A stretch of DNA of 62,827 nucleotides, the filler included, from Sandaracinaceae bacterium (lineage in GTDB: Bacteria > Myxococcota_A > Polyangia > Polyangiales > JADJQN01): NCBI GenBank assembly GCA_947483975.1. It is 7 parts of 7 records of this genome, joined end to end, with 100 filler letters (N's around TTAATTAATTAA, not from the genome) between each part and the next. Parts side by side here need not be neighbours in the genome. Positions count along the whole stretch, not along the records: positions 1 to 9,063 come from CANKOL010000218.1; positions 9,164 to 18,204 come from CANKOL010000219.1; positions 18,305 to 27,344 come from CANKOL010000220.1; 4 more parts are not named here. One strand, 5' to 3'. The notes under the pieces are model-generated. The model worked only from the letters and a program-made list of their open reading frames with translations. It had not been told where the DNA came from and did not search any database. A program made the translations under genes and the position numbers. Shown here in pieces: positions 8,827 through 18,589 of the stretch. Each line of letters begins with the position of its first letter. The stretch's first letter is position 1.

Positions 8827-9063
8827 GTGTCGTCGCCTCGAAAGCCCTCGCGGGCCGGGTCGTCCAAGCCGCCGCAGCCGAAGGCGCCTCAGCAGCCGCC
8901 GCAGGCGCAGGCGAAGAAGGCGCAGCGCCGCAGCGAGCTGCTGCTCGCGGCGCGCGACGTGTTCGCCGAGAAGGGCTACGCCGCGGCGACGGTCGACGAC
9001 ATCGTCGCGCGCGCGGGCGCGGCGCGCGGCACCTTCTACCTCTACTTCAAGGACAAGCGCGAC
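8827..9063 (+). CDS. TetR/AcrR family transcriptional regulator, 3'-truncated at contig end
   Basis: LLLAARDVFAEKGYAAATVDDIVARAGAARGTFYLYFKDK is a TetR HTH. Confidence 0.9.
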
Positions 9064-9163
9064 NNNNNNNNNNNNNNNNNNNNNNNNNNNNNNNNNNNNN
9101 NNNNNNNTTAATTAATTAANNNNNNNNNNNNNNNNNNNNNNNNNNNNNNNNNNNNNNNNNNNN
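9064..9163. other. Artificial contig spacer
   Basis: N44-TTAATTAATTAA-N44 (stop codons in all six frames). Confidence 0.99.
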
Positions 9164-11001
9164 AGGAACTCGTAGGTCGCGACGGGCGCGCCCGCCGCGC
9201 TGCGACCGCCGATGGCGTAGAGGTAATGCACGGTCGGATCGGCGGGGTCGAGCGCCTGCGCGAGGCCGAGCCCGGAGCGCGGCGTCGCGAGCGAGGGCAG
9301 CGTCGCCCAGGTGCCGTGCGCGCCGAGCGGGAGCGGCGTGCGCGTGGCGATCGGCGCGGCGCCGTCGTCCTCGTAGGTGCGCGTCGCGACCTCGGCGATC
9401 AGCTGCTCGGAGCCGAGCCCGGCGTCGGCCGTCGGGCTCCGGTAGACGCGATACGCGCTTGCGCCGGCGACGTCGCTCCAGTCGATCGTGATGCGCAGAA
9501 CATCCGGCAAGCCCGTCGGCAGGCGCACCGGCACGGGGTCGCTCGCGAGCGATTCGCCGCTCGGATTCTGCGGGTCGCCAGCCGGGAAGACCGCGGCGAC
9601 GCGGTAGGTCCACACGCCCGCGCCGAGCCCGGTGCCCATGCCGCGCCGCGCGGAGATGTCCATGACGACGGGCGCCTCGCTCGGGTCGAGGATCTCGGCC
9701 CTCGAGACGGTCGAGACCGCGCCAGCGCCGTCGTGCCCGCCGACCAGATAGAGGAAGTTGCCGACCCGCGTGACGCGGGCGAGCGTGCGCGCCGTGGGCA
9801 GCGCGTTCGGGATCGCGAACCAGCCGCCGAGCGCGCCGAACGGATCGACGGACGCGGCCTCGGTCGTCGCGAACGCACCCGCCGTCGTGCCGTCGTCGCC
9901 GCCGAGCGCGTAGACGAAGCGCGCGGCGCGCGTCGCCCGACCTGCGGTGACCGCCGGCGCGCGGCGCGCGGTCGAGAGCGAAGTGCCCGCGCGGAAAGGC
10001 TGGAGGTTCGACGCGGGCGTGGTGATGGCGACGGCGCTGTAGTCGCCGTAGGTGCCGTCCGGGTTCGTCAGGCGCAGCACGCACACGGTGCCGGCCGACA
10101 GCGGGCTCGTGTCGAGCGTCACGCTCGCCGTCGTGCCCGTCGACGCCGACACGGTGCCTGCGACGGTCGAGGTCGCGCCCGCCGCCGTGCGGCAGGTCCA
10201 CTCGGCGGTCGGCGCCGCGAAGCCCGTGCCCGTGACGGCGATCGTGCGCACCGCGCCGGAGTCCACCTGCCCGGGCGCGACGCCATCGAGCACCGGCGGC
10301 GCCGCGCTCGTCACGGTGAAGCCGCGGTCGAGCAGGCCGACCGTGCCGTCGGGGTTCACGACGATGACGTCGTACACGCCGACAGGCAGCCCAGGCGGCA
10401 CCTGCGCGGTCAGGCGCGTGGCGTCGACGAAGCCGACCGAGAGGAGCGGCGTCGCGACCGTCGAGGCCGACGGCAGCTCGGGGTTCAGGTAGACGCGCGG
10501 CGTGCTCGCGAAGCCTGTGCCGTAGAGCGTCACGGCGGTCGGCTCGTCGCGCCAACCGAACGGCGCCTCGACGCGGTCGACGGCCAGCGAGAGCGTGTCG
10601 GTGACCGTCAAGCCGGCGGGGAGGAGCGCCGGGCAGCCGTCCGCCTCGATGGCGACGTCGTAGGTGCCAGCCGCGGCGCCGGCCGGCAGGAGCGCTTGAA
10701 TGCGCGCGCGCGCGTCGCGCGTGAAGGCGAGCGCCGTCGCGTCCCCGGCGGCGGAGGTGATCGTGACGCCGGTGATCGTCGTCGAAGCTGTGACGCCCGA
10801 CGCGTAGAGCGTGAGCTGCGTCGTGATGCCGCCGTACGCGACGCTCGGATCCACCCAGAAGAGGATCGGGCCTTCGACCACCGTGAGCACGCCGGAGAGC
10901 GTGTCGTCGCAGCCCTCGGGGTTCTCGATCGTCACGTCGAAGAGGCCCGGAGCGTAGAGAACTGCGTCGCGTACGCGCCGGCTGTGGTGCGCGATACACA
11001 C
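9164..11001 (-). CDS. IPT/TIG repeat plus Kelch-repeat protein; 3' end cut by contig edge, 5' end apparently missing
   Basis: TIG-like repeats (LYGTGF, GVYDVIVVNPDG, VTGTGF) and Kelch motifs (FVYALGG, FLYLVGG, YLYAIGG). No signal peptide. Confidence 0.7.
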
Positions 11002-11072
11002 CGAGACGCGCGCCTAACACGACGCGCTCGAACGTCGAGCGCCGTGATACCGTGTTCGTCGTGCAGCTCCGT

Positions 11073-12110
11073 ATGGCAGTCTCGGCGGCAGCGCGGCTCG
11101 GCGCGAAGATCCTGATCGTCGACGACGACCCCGCGCAGATCCGTGTGCTCTCGCGCTCCCTGAACCGCGCGGGGTACACCAACCTGCGGAGCACGACCGA
11201 CTCACGCGAGGTCCCGACGCTCCTCGCGGCGTTCGCGCCCGACCTGATCATGCTCGACCTCGAGATGCCGCACCTCGACGGCTTCGAGGTACTGACCTTG
11301 CTCGGGAAGCTGGCCGGGGACGAGGTGAGCGCGCCCGTCCTCGTGGTGACCGGGCGACCCGAGCCCGACGTGCGGAGAAAGTGCCTCGAGCACGGGGCGA
11401 GCGACTTCCTGTCGAGGCCCTACGACGAGATCGAGATCGCCCTCCGCGTCAGCAACCTGCTGACGGGCTGGCTGCTCCTGACGAGCCTGCACGACGCCAA
11501 CGACGAGCTCGAGCGGCGCGTGCTGGAGCGCACCGCCGCGCTCGAGGACGCGCACCACGAGATCCTCGGGCGGCTCGCGAAGGCGGCGGAGTTCCGCGAC
11601 GACGACACCGGCGAGCACACGCAGCGCGTCGGCACGCTCGCGGGCGACCTCGCGCGCAGCCTCGGGCTCGACAGCGCCGAGGTCGACCTCATTCAGCGCG
11701 CTGCGCCGCTGCACGACGTCGGCAAGATCGCCATCCCGGACGGCGTGCTGCTGAAGCCCGGCAAGCTCACCCCCGACGAGTTCGAGCTGATCAAGACGCA
11801 CGCGGAGATCGGCTCGAAGCTGCTCGGCGGCAGCGAGATCCCCCTGCTCGTCACGGCGCGCGCGGTCGCCCACTACCACCACGAGAGCTGGGACGGCACG
11901 GGCTACCCGCGGGCGCTGAGCGGCGAGAGCATCCCCCTCGCCGCGCGGATCACCGCGATCGTCGACGTCTTCGACGCCCTGACGCACGACCGCCCGTACA
12001 AGCGCGCGTGGCCGGTGCTGCAGGCGTGCGCCGAGATCGAGCGCCTCGCCGGCACCAAGTTCGATCCGATGCTGGCGCGCGCATTCCTCGACGGGCAGCG
12101 CGGGGGCTGA
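11073..12110 (+). CDS. Response regulator with HD-GYP c-di-GMP phosphodiesterase domain (RpfG-like)
   Basis: REC motifs ILIVDDD and LDLEMP; TGEHTQRV, LHDVGK, HHESWDGTGYP, DVFDAL..RPYK. Start is 11052 or 11073. Confidence 0.9.
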   Translation: MAVSAAARLGAKILIVDDDPAQIRVLSRSLNRAGYTNLRSTTDSREVPTLLAAFAPDLIMLDLEMPHLDGFEVLTLLGKLAGDEVSAPVLVVTGRPEPDVRRKCLEHGASDFLSRPYDEIEIALRVSNLLTGWLLLTSLHDANDELERRVLERTAALEDAHHEILGRLAKAAEFRDDDTGEHTQRVGTLAGDLARSLGLDSAEVDLIQRAAPLHDVGKIAIPDGVLLKPGKLTPDEFELIKTHAEIGSKLLGGSEIPLLVTARAVAHYHHESWDGTGYPRALSGESIPLAARITAIVDVFDALTHDRPYKRAWPVLQACAEIERLAGTKFDPMLARAFLDGQRGG

Positions 12111-12167
12111 GCGCTCGGTCGGCGAGCGCTGCGCTGACCGGGAAACGCGGTCGACGGCGCCGCGCGC

Positions 12168-13013
12168 TCAGATCGGTCGCGCGCCGCCGGAACCGCTCGG
12201 CGGCGCGAGCGGCGGGGCGACGCTCGGCAGCCCGTTCGGCGACGTGCTCGGGCCCACCGTCGGTGGCGCCGACGCGATCAGGCGATCGATCGACTCCTGG
12301 TCGAAGCCGAGCAGAAGCTGCCCGCGGAAGTCGATCACCGGAATGCCCGTCGGGTTGAGGCCCTGCGCCTGCGCCTTGCGCGTCATCTCTTGCTGCGCGC
12401 CGGGCTCGCGCTCGATGTCCTTGATGAGGAACGGCACGCCGCGCGAGCGCAGATACGCCTCCGCCTGACGGCACGCGCCGCACCAAGACGCGCCGTAGAC
12501 GATGACGTCGCTGCTCGAGCCTCCCGCCGCGCCGGGCACGGGCTGAGCCGCCGCGAGCGCAGCTGCGCGCGCCGCGCTGAGCGTGCCCTCGAAGGACTCG
12601 CGGGCGACCTTGTACACGACGTAGTTGCCGCCCTGCCCCGGGGCGCGGACGTCGGCGAGGTAGACGAACGCCGGGTCGAGGCGGGCGTCCGGCGCGAGCT
12701 GCAGCGAGTCGACGCGCACCTGCGCGCGGTGCGCCTCGGGGATGTCCGAGCGGCTCTGCGCGCTGTGCGGACCGTCGGCGTCGAACCAGACGAGCAGGAG
12801 CCCTTCGAGCTCACCGCGCACCGCGAACGGCGGGCGCACGATCTCCGGCGCGGCGACGGGCGGAGCCGACGCGGAGCCGGGGTCCGCGCTCTCGCCGGTG
12901 GCGCTCGAGGAGCCGCACGCCGAGGCGAGGGAGAGCGCGAGCAGGACGAGCAGCGAGAGCGAACCACGAGACGACGACAGCAGCTGCACGCACGACCTCC
13001 GAGCGCCCAACAT
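12168..13013 (-). CDS. Lipoprotein with C-terminal glutaredoxin/NrdH-like domain
   Basis: Lipobox LASAC; VIVYGASWCGAC, IPVI (cis-Pro motif), GFD. Start uncertain. Confidence 0.7.
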   Translation of the reverse strand: MLGARRSCVQLLSSSRGSLSLLVLLALSLASACGSSSATGESADPGSASAPPVAAPEIVRPPFAVRGELEGLLLVWFDADGPHSAQSRSDIPEAHRAQVRVDSLQLAPDARLDPAFVYLADVRAPGQGGNYVVYKVARESFEGTLSAARAAALAAAQPVPGAAGGSSSDVIVYGASWCGACRQAEAYLRSRGVPFLIKDIEREPGAQQEMTRKAQAQGLNPTGIPVIDFRGQLLLGFDQESIDRLIASAPPTVGPSTSPNGLPSVAPPLAPPSGSGGARPI

Positions 13014-13020
13014 GGCCCTA

Positions 13021-13524
13021 TCAGGGCGCGTGCGCACGCCCGCCGAAGCGCAGCGTGAGGTCGCGCTTGCCCTCTTGGCAGCGCGGGAACAGCTCGCGCG
13101 AGCGCGCGATCGCCTGATCGGAGCGCTCGATCGCGCTCGCGATGCGCGCGGCGTCGGCCGCGGGGAGCTGCGCGCCTGCGCGCGTCGCGTGCTCGAGCGA
13201 GGCGCGCGCGGTCTGCTGCTCGCGCTCCGCCGTCAAGAGCGCGTCGTGCGCGCGAACGCAGGCATCGCGGACCCGCACGACCGACTCGACCGAGAGCCCC
13301 AGGCGGCGCACCGAGTCGAGCTCGCGCTGCCGCACGGCGAGCGGCGAGTCCTCCTCGACGCGGTCGAGCCGCGACACGAGCAGCTGCGCCTCGTTGCGCT
13401 CGGCGTCCTCGCAGCCGGCCGCGAGCAACCCGGCGACGAGCCCCATCGCGACGGGCACGGCGGCGGCGAGCGCGCGCGCGAGCAGCGACTGCGAGACCGC
13501 GAGGCGAGGCGTGCGTCCGTTCAT
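13021..13524 (-). CDS. Hypothetical helical lipoprotein
   Basis: Hydrophobic signal with LAAGC, GC-rich codon usage, co-oriented with the glutaredoxin-like gene. Confidence 0.55.
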   Translation of the reverse strand: MNGRTPRLAVSQSLLARALAAAVPVAMGLVAGLLAAGCEDAERNEAQLLVSRLDRVEEDSPLAVRQRELDSVRRLGLSVESVVRVRDACVRAHDALLTAEREQQTARASLEHATRAGAQLPAADAARIASAIERSDQAIARSRELFPRCQEGKRDLTLRFGGRAHAP

Positions 13525-13568
13525 GCGGCGCAGAGACTAGCCCGCCGCGCGTGCTACGCCACAGCGCG

Positions 13569-14762
13569 ATGGCGGCGCCCGTAACTCCCGAACTGCACCG
13601 CGTCTACTTCATCCCGGGGATGTTCGGCTTCGGTCGGCTCGCGGGCTACGAGTACTTCGGTCACCTCGAGGCGGCGCTCGCCGCGCGCTTCGAGGAGCTC
13701 GGCGTGCCGCTCGCGATGGAGGTCGTGCAGACCCCGCCGACCGCCTCCATCCGGCGCCGCGCGGAGGTCGTCGCCGAGGCCATCGCGCGCTCGGCGGGCG
13801 GCGCGAAGGGCGGCCCGATCCACCTGATCGGGCACTCGACCGGCGGCCTCGACGCGCGCCTGCTGCTCTCGCCGAGCGTGCGCCTCGACGTGCCCGCGAC
13901 GTCGCTCGCCTGGCGCGCGCGCACGCAGTGCGTGCTGACGCTCAACACGCCGCACTACGGCACGCCCCTCGCCGCGTTCTTCACGACGGTCTCGGGCACG
14001 CGGCTCCTGACGCTGCTCTCGCTCCTGACGGTGACGACGCTCGGCGTCGGCGCGCCGGGGCTCTCCGCGCTCTCGTCGCTGATCGCGGCGATCGGCTCGG
14101 TCGACGAGGTCCTCGGCATCGACCTCCGCCTCCTCGATCGCGCCACGGACGTCGCGCTGCGCTTCATCGGCGACCGCGGACGCGACGAGGTCGCGCGCTG
14201 GCTCGACGGCATCCGCCACGATCAGGGCGGCATCCTGCAGATCACGCCCGAGGCGATGGACCTCTTCAACGCCGTCACCGCGGACGCGCCCGGCGTGCGC
14301 TACGGCTGCGTCGCGACCGCCTCGCCCCCGCCGACGCCGACGCGCCTGGTGCGGCAAGCGCGCTCGCCCTTCAGCGCGTTCACGGCGACCGCGTACTCGA
14401 CCATCTACGGCGTGACGAGCCGCGCGATCTCGCGCTACGGCTACCCCGAGCCCGACAGCGCGGCAGAGGCGAAGCTCTCCGTCGCGTTCGGCGCGCAGGT
14501 GGACGACTCCTGGTGCGACGGCGTCGTGCCGACGCGCTCGATGCTCTGGGGCGAGCTGCTCTGGGCTGGCAAGGGCGATCACCTCGACGTCGTCGGACAC
14601 TTCCGTGACGACGAGACGCCCGCCCTGCACGTCGACTGGCTGACGAGCGGCGCGAGCTTCGGGCGCTATCGCTTCCGCGGCGTGGTCGACGCGCTCGCGG
14701 GCGCGCTCCTCGCGGACCTGCCCGGGATGCGCACGCTGAGCGGCGAACAGCCGGCGGCGTAG
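13569..14762 (+). CDS. Alpha/beta hydrolase (triacylglycerol lipase-like)
   Basis: IPGMFGF oxyanion segment, IGHSTGG nucleophile elbow, TPHYGTP, DGVVP, DHLDVVG. Confidence 0.85.
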   Translation: MAAPVTPELHRVYFIPGMFGFGRLAGYEYFGHLEAALAARFEELGVPLAMEVVQTPPTASIRRRAEVVAEAIARSAGGAKGGPIHLIGHSTGGLDARLLLSPSVRLDVPATSLAWRARTQCVLTLNTPHYGTPLAAFFTTVSGTRLLTLLSLLTVTTLGVGAPGLSALSSLIAAIGSVDEVLGIDLRLLDRATDVALRFIGDRGRDEVARWLDGIRHDQGGILQITPEAMDLFNAVTADAPGVRYGCVATASPPPTPTRLVRQARSPFSAFTATAYSTIYGVTSRAISRYGYPEPDSAAEAKLSVAFGAQVDDSWCDGVVPTRSMLWGELLWAGKGDHLDVVGHFRDDETPALHVDWLTSGASFGRYRFRGVVDALAGALLADLPGMRTLSGEQPAA

Positions 14763-14914
14763 CCTCGACCCGCGAGCCGCGCGCCCCTTGCCGACAGTGT
14801 GCGTGCGGGTGCGATCCGAGTGAGAAGCGACACTCCGCGCGCACAGACTGCGCCGCCCCCCTTGCGGTCGGGGATCAGGGGTGCCTAACGTCCGCCCGGA
14901 TCGGGAGGGGGCGC

Positions 14915-15259
14915 ATGACCGGGAATATCGAGAAGTGGAACCGCAGGCGCTTCGAGCGGCTCGCCGTGCGCTGCGGCTGCTGGCTCGAGGGCGAGGCCAT
15001 GACCGTCTACGGGCGCACCGTCGATCTCGGGCGCGGCGGGCTGTTCCTGCGCACCGCCGTGCGAATGCCGCATGGGTCGCCGGTCGAGGTGCGGCTACAA
15101 ATGCCGGGTCGCGCCGATGGCCTGAGCGTGAGCGGCACGGTCGCCTGGGCGGGAGACATCGACGGTCGGATGGGCGTCGCGGTGGAGTTCCACGAGCCGC
15201 GCGACCAGCAGGCGCTCAGCGGCTTTCTCGACCGACGCCGGCCGCCCCCGCTGGCTTGA
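14915..15259 (+). CDS. Stand-alone PilZ domain protein
   Basis: RRRFER (RxxxR), DLGRGGLF, G.V.W and MGVAVEF. Confidence 0.8.
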   Translation: MTGNIEKWNRRRFERLAVRCGCWLEGEAMTVYGRTVDLGRGGLFLRTAVRMPHGSPVEVRLQMPGRADGLSVSGTVAWAGDIDGRMGVAVEFHEPRDQQALSGFLDRRRPPPLA

Positions 15260-15299
15260 GCCGCGACCGAGCGCGCACGGCGGCTCCCGACGACGAAGC

Positions 15300-15974
15300 T
15301 CAGCGCGCGGCGACGGCGAAGCGCGGCTCGTTGAGGCGCGCTCGCAGGCGACCGATCGTGCGGCGCGCACCGGCGACGTTCTGGCCGGTCATCACGCTCG
15401 CGGGGAACGGCAGATCCGGCTCGACGAGGAACTGAAACGACACGAGCGTGCGCGCGCCGTGGTCCACCGAGGTCAGCTCCCAGCGGGCCGCCATGCGCTC
15501 GACGTTGCCGGACACCATCGTCGCCTCGACGACCTGCGTGGTCGTGCCGTCGGCGTTGAGCACGGGCGCGCGCGGGCGCATCCGCATCTGCGCCCAGAGC
15601 GTCGCGGCGCCGTGGAGCACGCTCGCCTCGAGGTAGACGACGGCCTGCCCGCCGCGCTGCGTGAGGACGCGCGAGGCCTGGAAATTGGGCAGGAACTCGG
15701 AGTACTTCGCGTAGTCCTCGACGACGCGGAGCACGACGTCGAAGCGCGCGTCGACGAGGCCCGTCGCGCGCCCCCACTTCACGCTGCTGCCGGCGAAGGG
15801 GACCTCGCGCACCTCGACGCGGTGATCGGCGAGCCTCGCGGCGGCTTGCGTCGGCGACTCGGCCTGCGCGGCGCCCGACGCCTGCTGCGCCTGCGCCGGG
15901 GCGACGGCGCCGAGGACGCCTCCGCAGACGGCGAGGATGGCCAGAGCGATGAGGGACGGTCGGTTCATGCGCAT
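15300..15974 (-). CDS. Secreted SRPBCC/START-like (cyclase/dehydrase) domain protein
   Basis: Signal peptide ending AQA; VVEDYAKYSEFLP, GNVERMAARWEL. Confidence 0.7.
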   Translation of the reverse strand: MRMNRPSLIALAILAVCGGVLGAVAPAQAQQASGAAQAESPTQAAARLADHRVEVREVPFAGSSVKWGRATGLVDARFDVVLRVVEDYAKYSEFLPNFQASRVLTQRGGQAVVYLEASVLHGAATLWAQMRMRPRAPVLNADGTTTQVVEATMVSGNVERMAARWELTSVDHGARTLVSFQFLVEPDLPFPASVMTGQNVAGARRTIGRLRARLNEPRFAVAAR

Positions 15975-16107
15975 CTCATGGGCTGCCGAGGCGAAGTGGG
16001 GAAACTTTGGATCGGCGCTCGGATCGACGCACGCCGCCGCGCGTCCATTCACCTGCGGCCAAGTTGACACGGCGGTACGCCCGGTGGACCGTCCGGCCGA
16101 GGTGTCC

Positions 16108-17379
16108 GTGAAGCCGCGTCCTTTTCTCATCGTCGTCGTGCTCGCTTCCCTCGTCGGGCTCTTCTTCGCGGGCTTCTCGACGTACGACTTCGCGCAGCAT
16201 CTCGACCGGCAGGTGCACGGGCTGCACTGCTCGTTCATTCCAGGGTTTACGGGCACGGAGGCCGCGGGCACGGGCTGCCATGTCGCGCTGATGAGCCCGT
16301 ACTCGTCGGTGCTGCGCGCGAGCTTCTGGGGCGGCATCCCGATCGCGCTGCCGGGGATGAGCGTCTTCGCGTTCCTCGCGTTCTGGGCGGCGTACCTGCT
16401 GACCACGCGCCGCGAGACGGATCGCCGCGCGACGCTCTTTCTCGTCGCCGCGTGCGGCGTGCCGCTGCTGACCTCGCTCGTGATGGCGGGGATCGCGATC
16501 CTCACGCTCGGCGCGCTCTGCAAGCTCTGCGTCGGCATCTATCTGTCGAGCCTGATCGCCTTCCCGGCGGCGCTCCTCGCCTGGCGTAGAGCGTCGAAGG
16601 GCCCCGCGTTCGGGGCGCGCGTCCCGGCGGCGACCGGCGCGGCGGACACGCTCCCGGCGAGCGCCTACGACCCGGCGCAGGACCACGGCGCCGACCCGCT
16701 CTCGGTGGGCGCGCTCGCCGCAGCCGCCGCGCTCGGCGTCGCCTTCGTGCTCGTGCCCGCCGGCGTGTACGTCGCGACGATGCCCGACTACGCGCGCTTC
16801 GTCGGGACCTGCGGCACGCTCGAGCACCCGGCGGATCCTGGCGGGCTGATGGTCACGATGAGCGAGCACGCGGGCGGCAAGAGCACCGTCGAGGTGCTCG
16901 ATCCGCTCTGCCCGTCGTGCTCGGCGTTCGAGGCGCGCCTCTCGGCGTCGGGCCTCGACGAGCAGCTCTCGCGCAAGGTCGTGCTCTTCCCGCTCGACAG
17001 CACCTGCAACTGGATGGTCGACGAGCCTGTGCACCCGGGCGCGTGCACCGTCAGCGAGGCCGTGCTCTGCGCGGGCCCCGCGGCGCCCGAGGTGATCGCC
17101 TGGGCGTTCACGGAGGCGGAGCACATCCGCGACGCGACGCGCGCCGATCCGACGGCCGCCGCGCGGCTCGTGCGGGCGCGCTTCCCGCAGGTCGGCGCGT
17201 GCCTCGGGACGCCGGCCGTCCGGGCGAAGCTCAACCGCTCGCTGCGCTGGGCAGTGAGCAATCGGCTGCCGGTGCTGACGCCGCAGCTCTACGTCGAGGG
17301 GCGCAAGCTCTGCGACGAGGACACGGACCTCGGCATGGACTTCGCGCTCTCGCACTTGCTCGCTCAGGGAGGGCGCTGA
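16108..17379 (+). CDS. VKOR family membrane protein fused to a DsbA/thioredoxin-like domain
   Basis: Loop cysteines (HCSF..GC), SPYS..WGGIP, CKLC redox motif, multiple TMs. C-terminal DPLCPSC, FPLDSTCN and TP.LYVEG. Confidence 0.85.
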   Translation: MKPRPFLIVVVLASLVGLFFAGFSTYDFAQHLDRQVHGLHCSFIPGFTGTEAAGTGCHVALMSPYSSVLRASFWGGIPIALPGMSVFAFLAFWAAYLLTTRRETDRRATLFLVAACGVPLLTSLVMAGIAILTLGALCKLCVGIYLSSLIAFPAALLAWRRASKGPAFGARVPAATGAADTLPASAYDPAQDHGADPLSVGALAAAAALGVAFVLVPAGVYVATMPDYARFVGTCGTLEHPADPGGLMVTMSEHAGGKSTVEVLDPLCPSCSAFEARLSASGLDEQLSRKVVLFPLDSTCNWMVDEPVHPGACTVSEAVLCAGPAAPEVIAWAFTEAEHIRDATRADPTAAARLVRARFPQVGACLGTPAVRAKLNRSLRWAVSNRLPVLTPQLYVEGRKLCDEDTDLGMDFALSHLLAQGGR

Positions 17380-17381
17380 TC

Positions 17382-18095
17382 ATGGGACGCACGATCACGG
17401 CGGCCGTCCTCGGGCTCGTCCTCTTGATGCTCCCGACGGTGCTCGTCGCGAGCTGGGTGCACTCGGCCAAGCGCCGCCTCGCGGCGACGGAGCAGAGCGC
17501 CGCCGCCGCCGCTGGTGGCGAGGGTGAGGTCGCGGTCGCCGCGGCGGCCGACGTCGGCTACTGCACCGGCGACCTCAAGCGCGTGCTGCGCCGCGTGCTC
17601 ACGAGCTGCGGGCTCGCGGGCGAAGGCGGCGGCGTGCGCGGCTGTCAGCCCGTGCAGGCGCGCAGCGTCGCGACGATGAGCGGGGACGACTTCAACGCGC
17701 TCTTCACGCCGCTCTCGCAGCGCGCGGGCATCGTGGAGTTCGACTTCGACCGCGCGGAGCTCGACCCGGCGGACCTCGCGCTGATCAACCGCGTCTTCGC
17801 GGATCAGCGCGGCGCGAGCTACTTCTTCGTCGTCGCGCGCGCCTCGCCGGAGGGGAACGTCGAGCACAACCGCGACCTCTCGAAGGGGCGCGCGGAGGCC
17901 GTGATGAACTACCTGCGCACGACCTTCCACGACCCGGACCTCGACAAGGAGGTCGGCTTGCTCTGGCTCGGCGAAGAATTCGCGCAGCTCGATCAGCAGT
18001 TCTGCTCCTGGCAGCACAGCGGCGACGCGAGCGCGTGCGACGCGCGCTCGCTCAACCGCAGCGCCTTCATCGCGTGGATCGACTGCCGGCTATGA
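17382..18095 (+). CDS. Membrane-anchored Cys-rich OmpA-like domain protein
   Basis: N-terminal TM; EFDFDRAELD...ASPEGNVEHNRDLSKGRAEAV. Confidence 0.65.
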   Translation: MGRTITAAVLGLVLLMLPTVLVASWVHSAKRRLAATEQSAAAAAGGEGEVAVAAAADVGYCTGDLKRVLRRVLTSCGLAGEGGGVRGCQPVQARSVATMSGDDFNALFTPLSQRAGIVEFDFDRAELDPADLALINRVFADQRGASYFFVVARASPEGNVEHNRDLSKGRAEAVMNYLRTTFHDPDLDKEVGLLWLGEEFAQLDQQFCSWQHSGDASACDARSLNRSAFIAWIDCRL

Positions 18096-18204
18096 GCGCG
18101 GGCTTCCGGAGCCGCGCGCTCCTCCCGATGCTCGGCGCGCTCCTCTGCGCGCAGCTCTCGACGGCGGGCTGCGACGACGACGCGCAGCCCGCGCCTGCGC
18201 CGAC
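18092..18204 (+). CDS. Lipoprotein, N-terminal fragment
   Basis: ATGA overlap with the upstream gene, signal ending TAGC, cut by contig end. Confidence 0.5.
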
Positions 18205-18304
18205 NNNNNNNNNNNNNNNNNNNNNNNNNNNNNNNNNNNNNNNNNNNNTTAATTAATTAANNNNNNNNNNNNNNNNNNNNNNNNNNNNNNNNNNNNNNNN
18301 NNNN
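18205..18304. other. Artificial contig spacer
   Basis: N44-TTAATTAATTAA-N44. Confidence 0.99.
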
Positions 18305-18589
18305 ACGCTCGCTGCGCGCGCGGACCGTGGGCTGCTCGCGCACGAGGTCGCCGACGCGCTGCCCGACGCGCTGACTGCGTGTCGCGAGGCGGCCATCGCC
18401 GCGGGCGCTCGGACACAGCGCCGCTGACAGGATGACGCAGCCGCGGGGCTGTCGCGCGTCAAGCTGGCAGGAGAGGGCGCCTCGCCTCCACGGAATTGCT
18501 TCGTTTTCTCGCGGATTCGCCCATCGAAAGGCGTGGCACGGCCGTTGCGATTCATCGCCTCCGTGACGCAGTCCACCGGAGGCCAAGCG

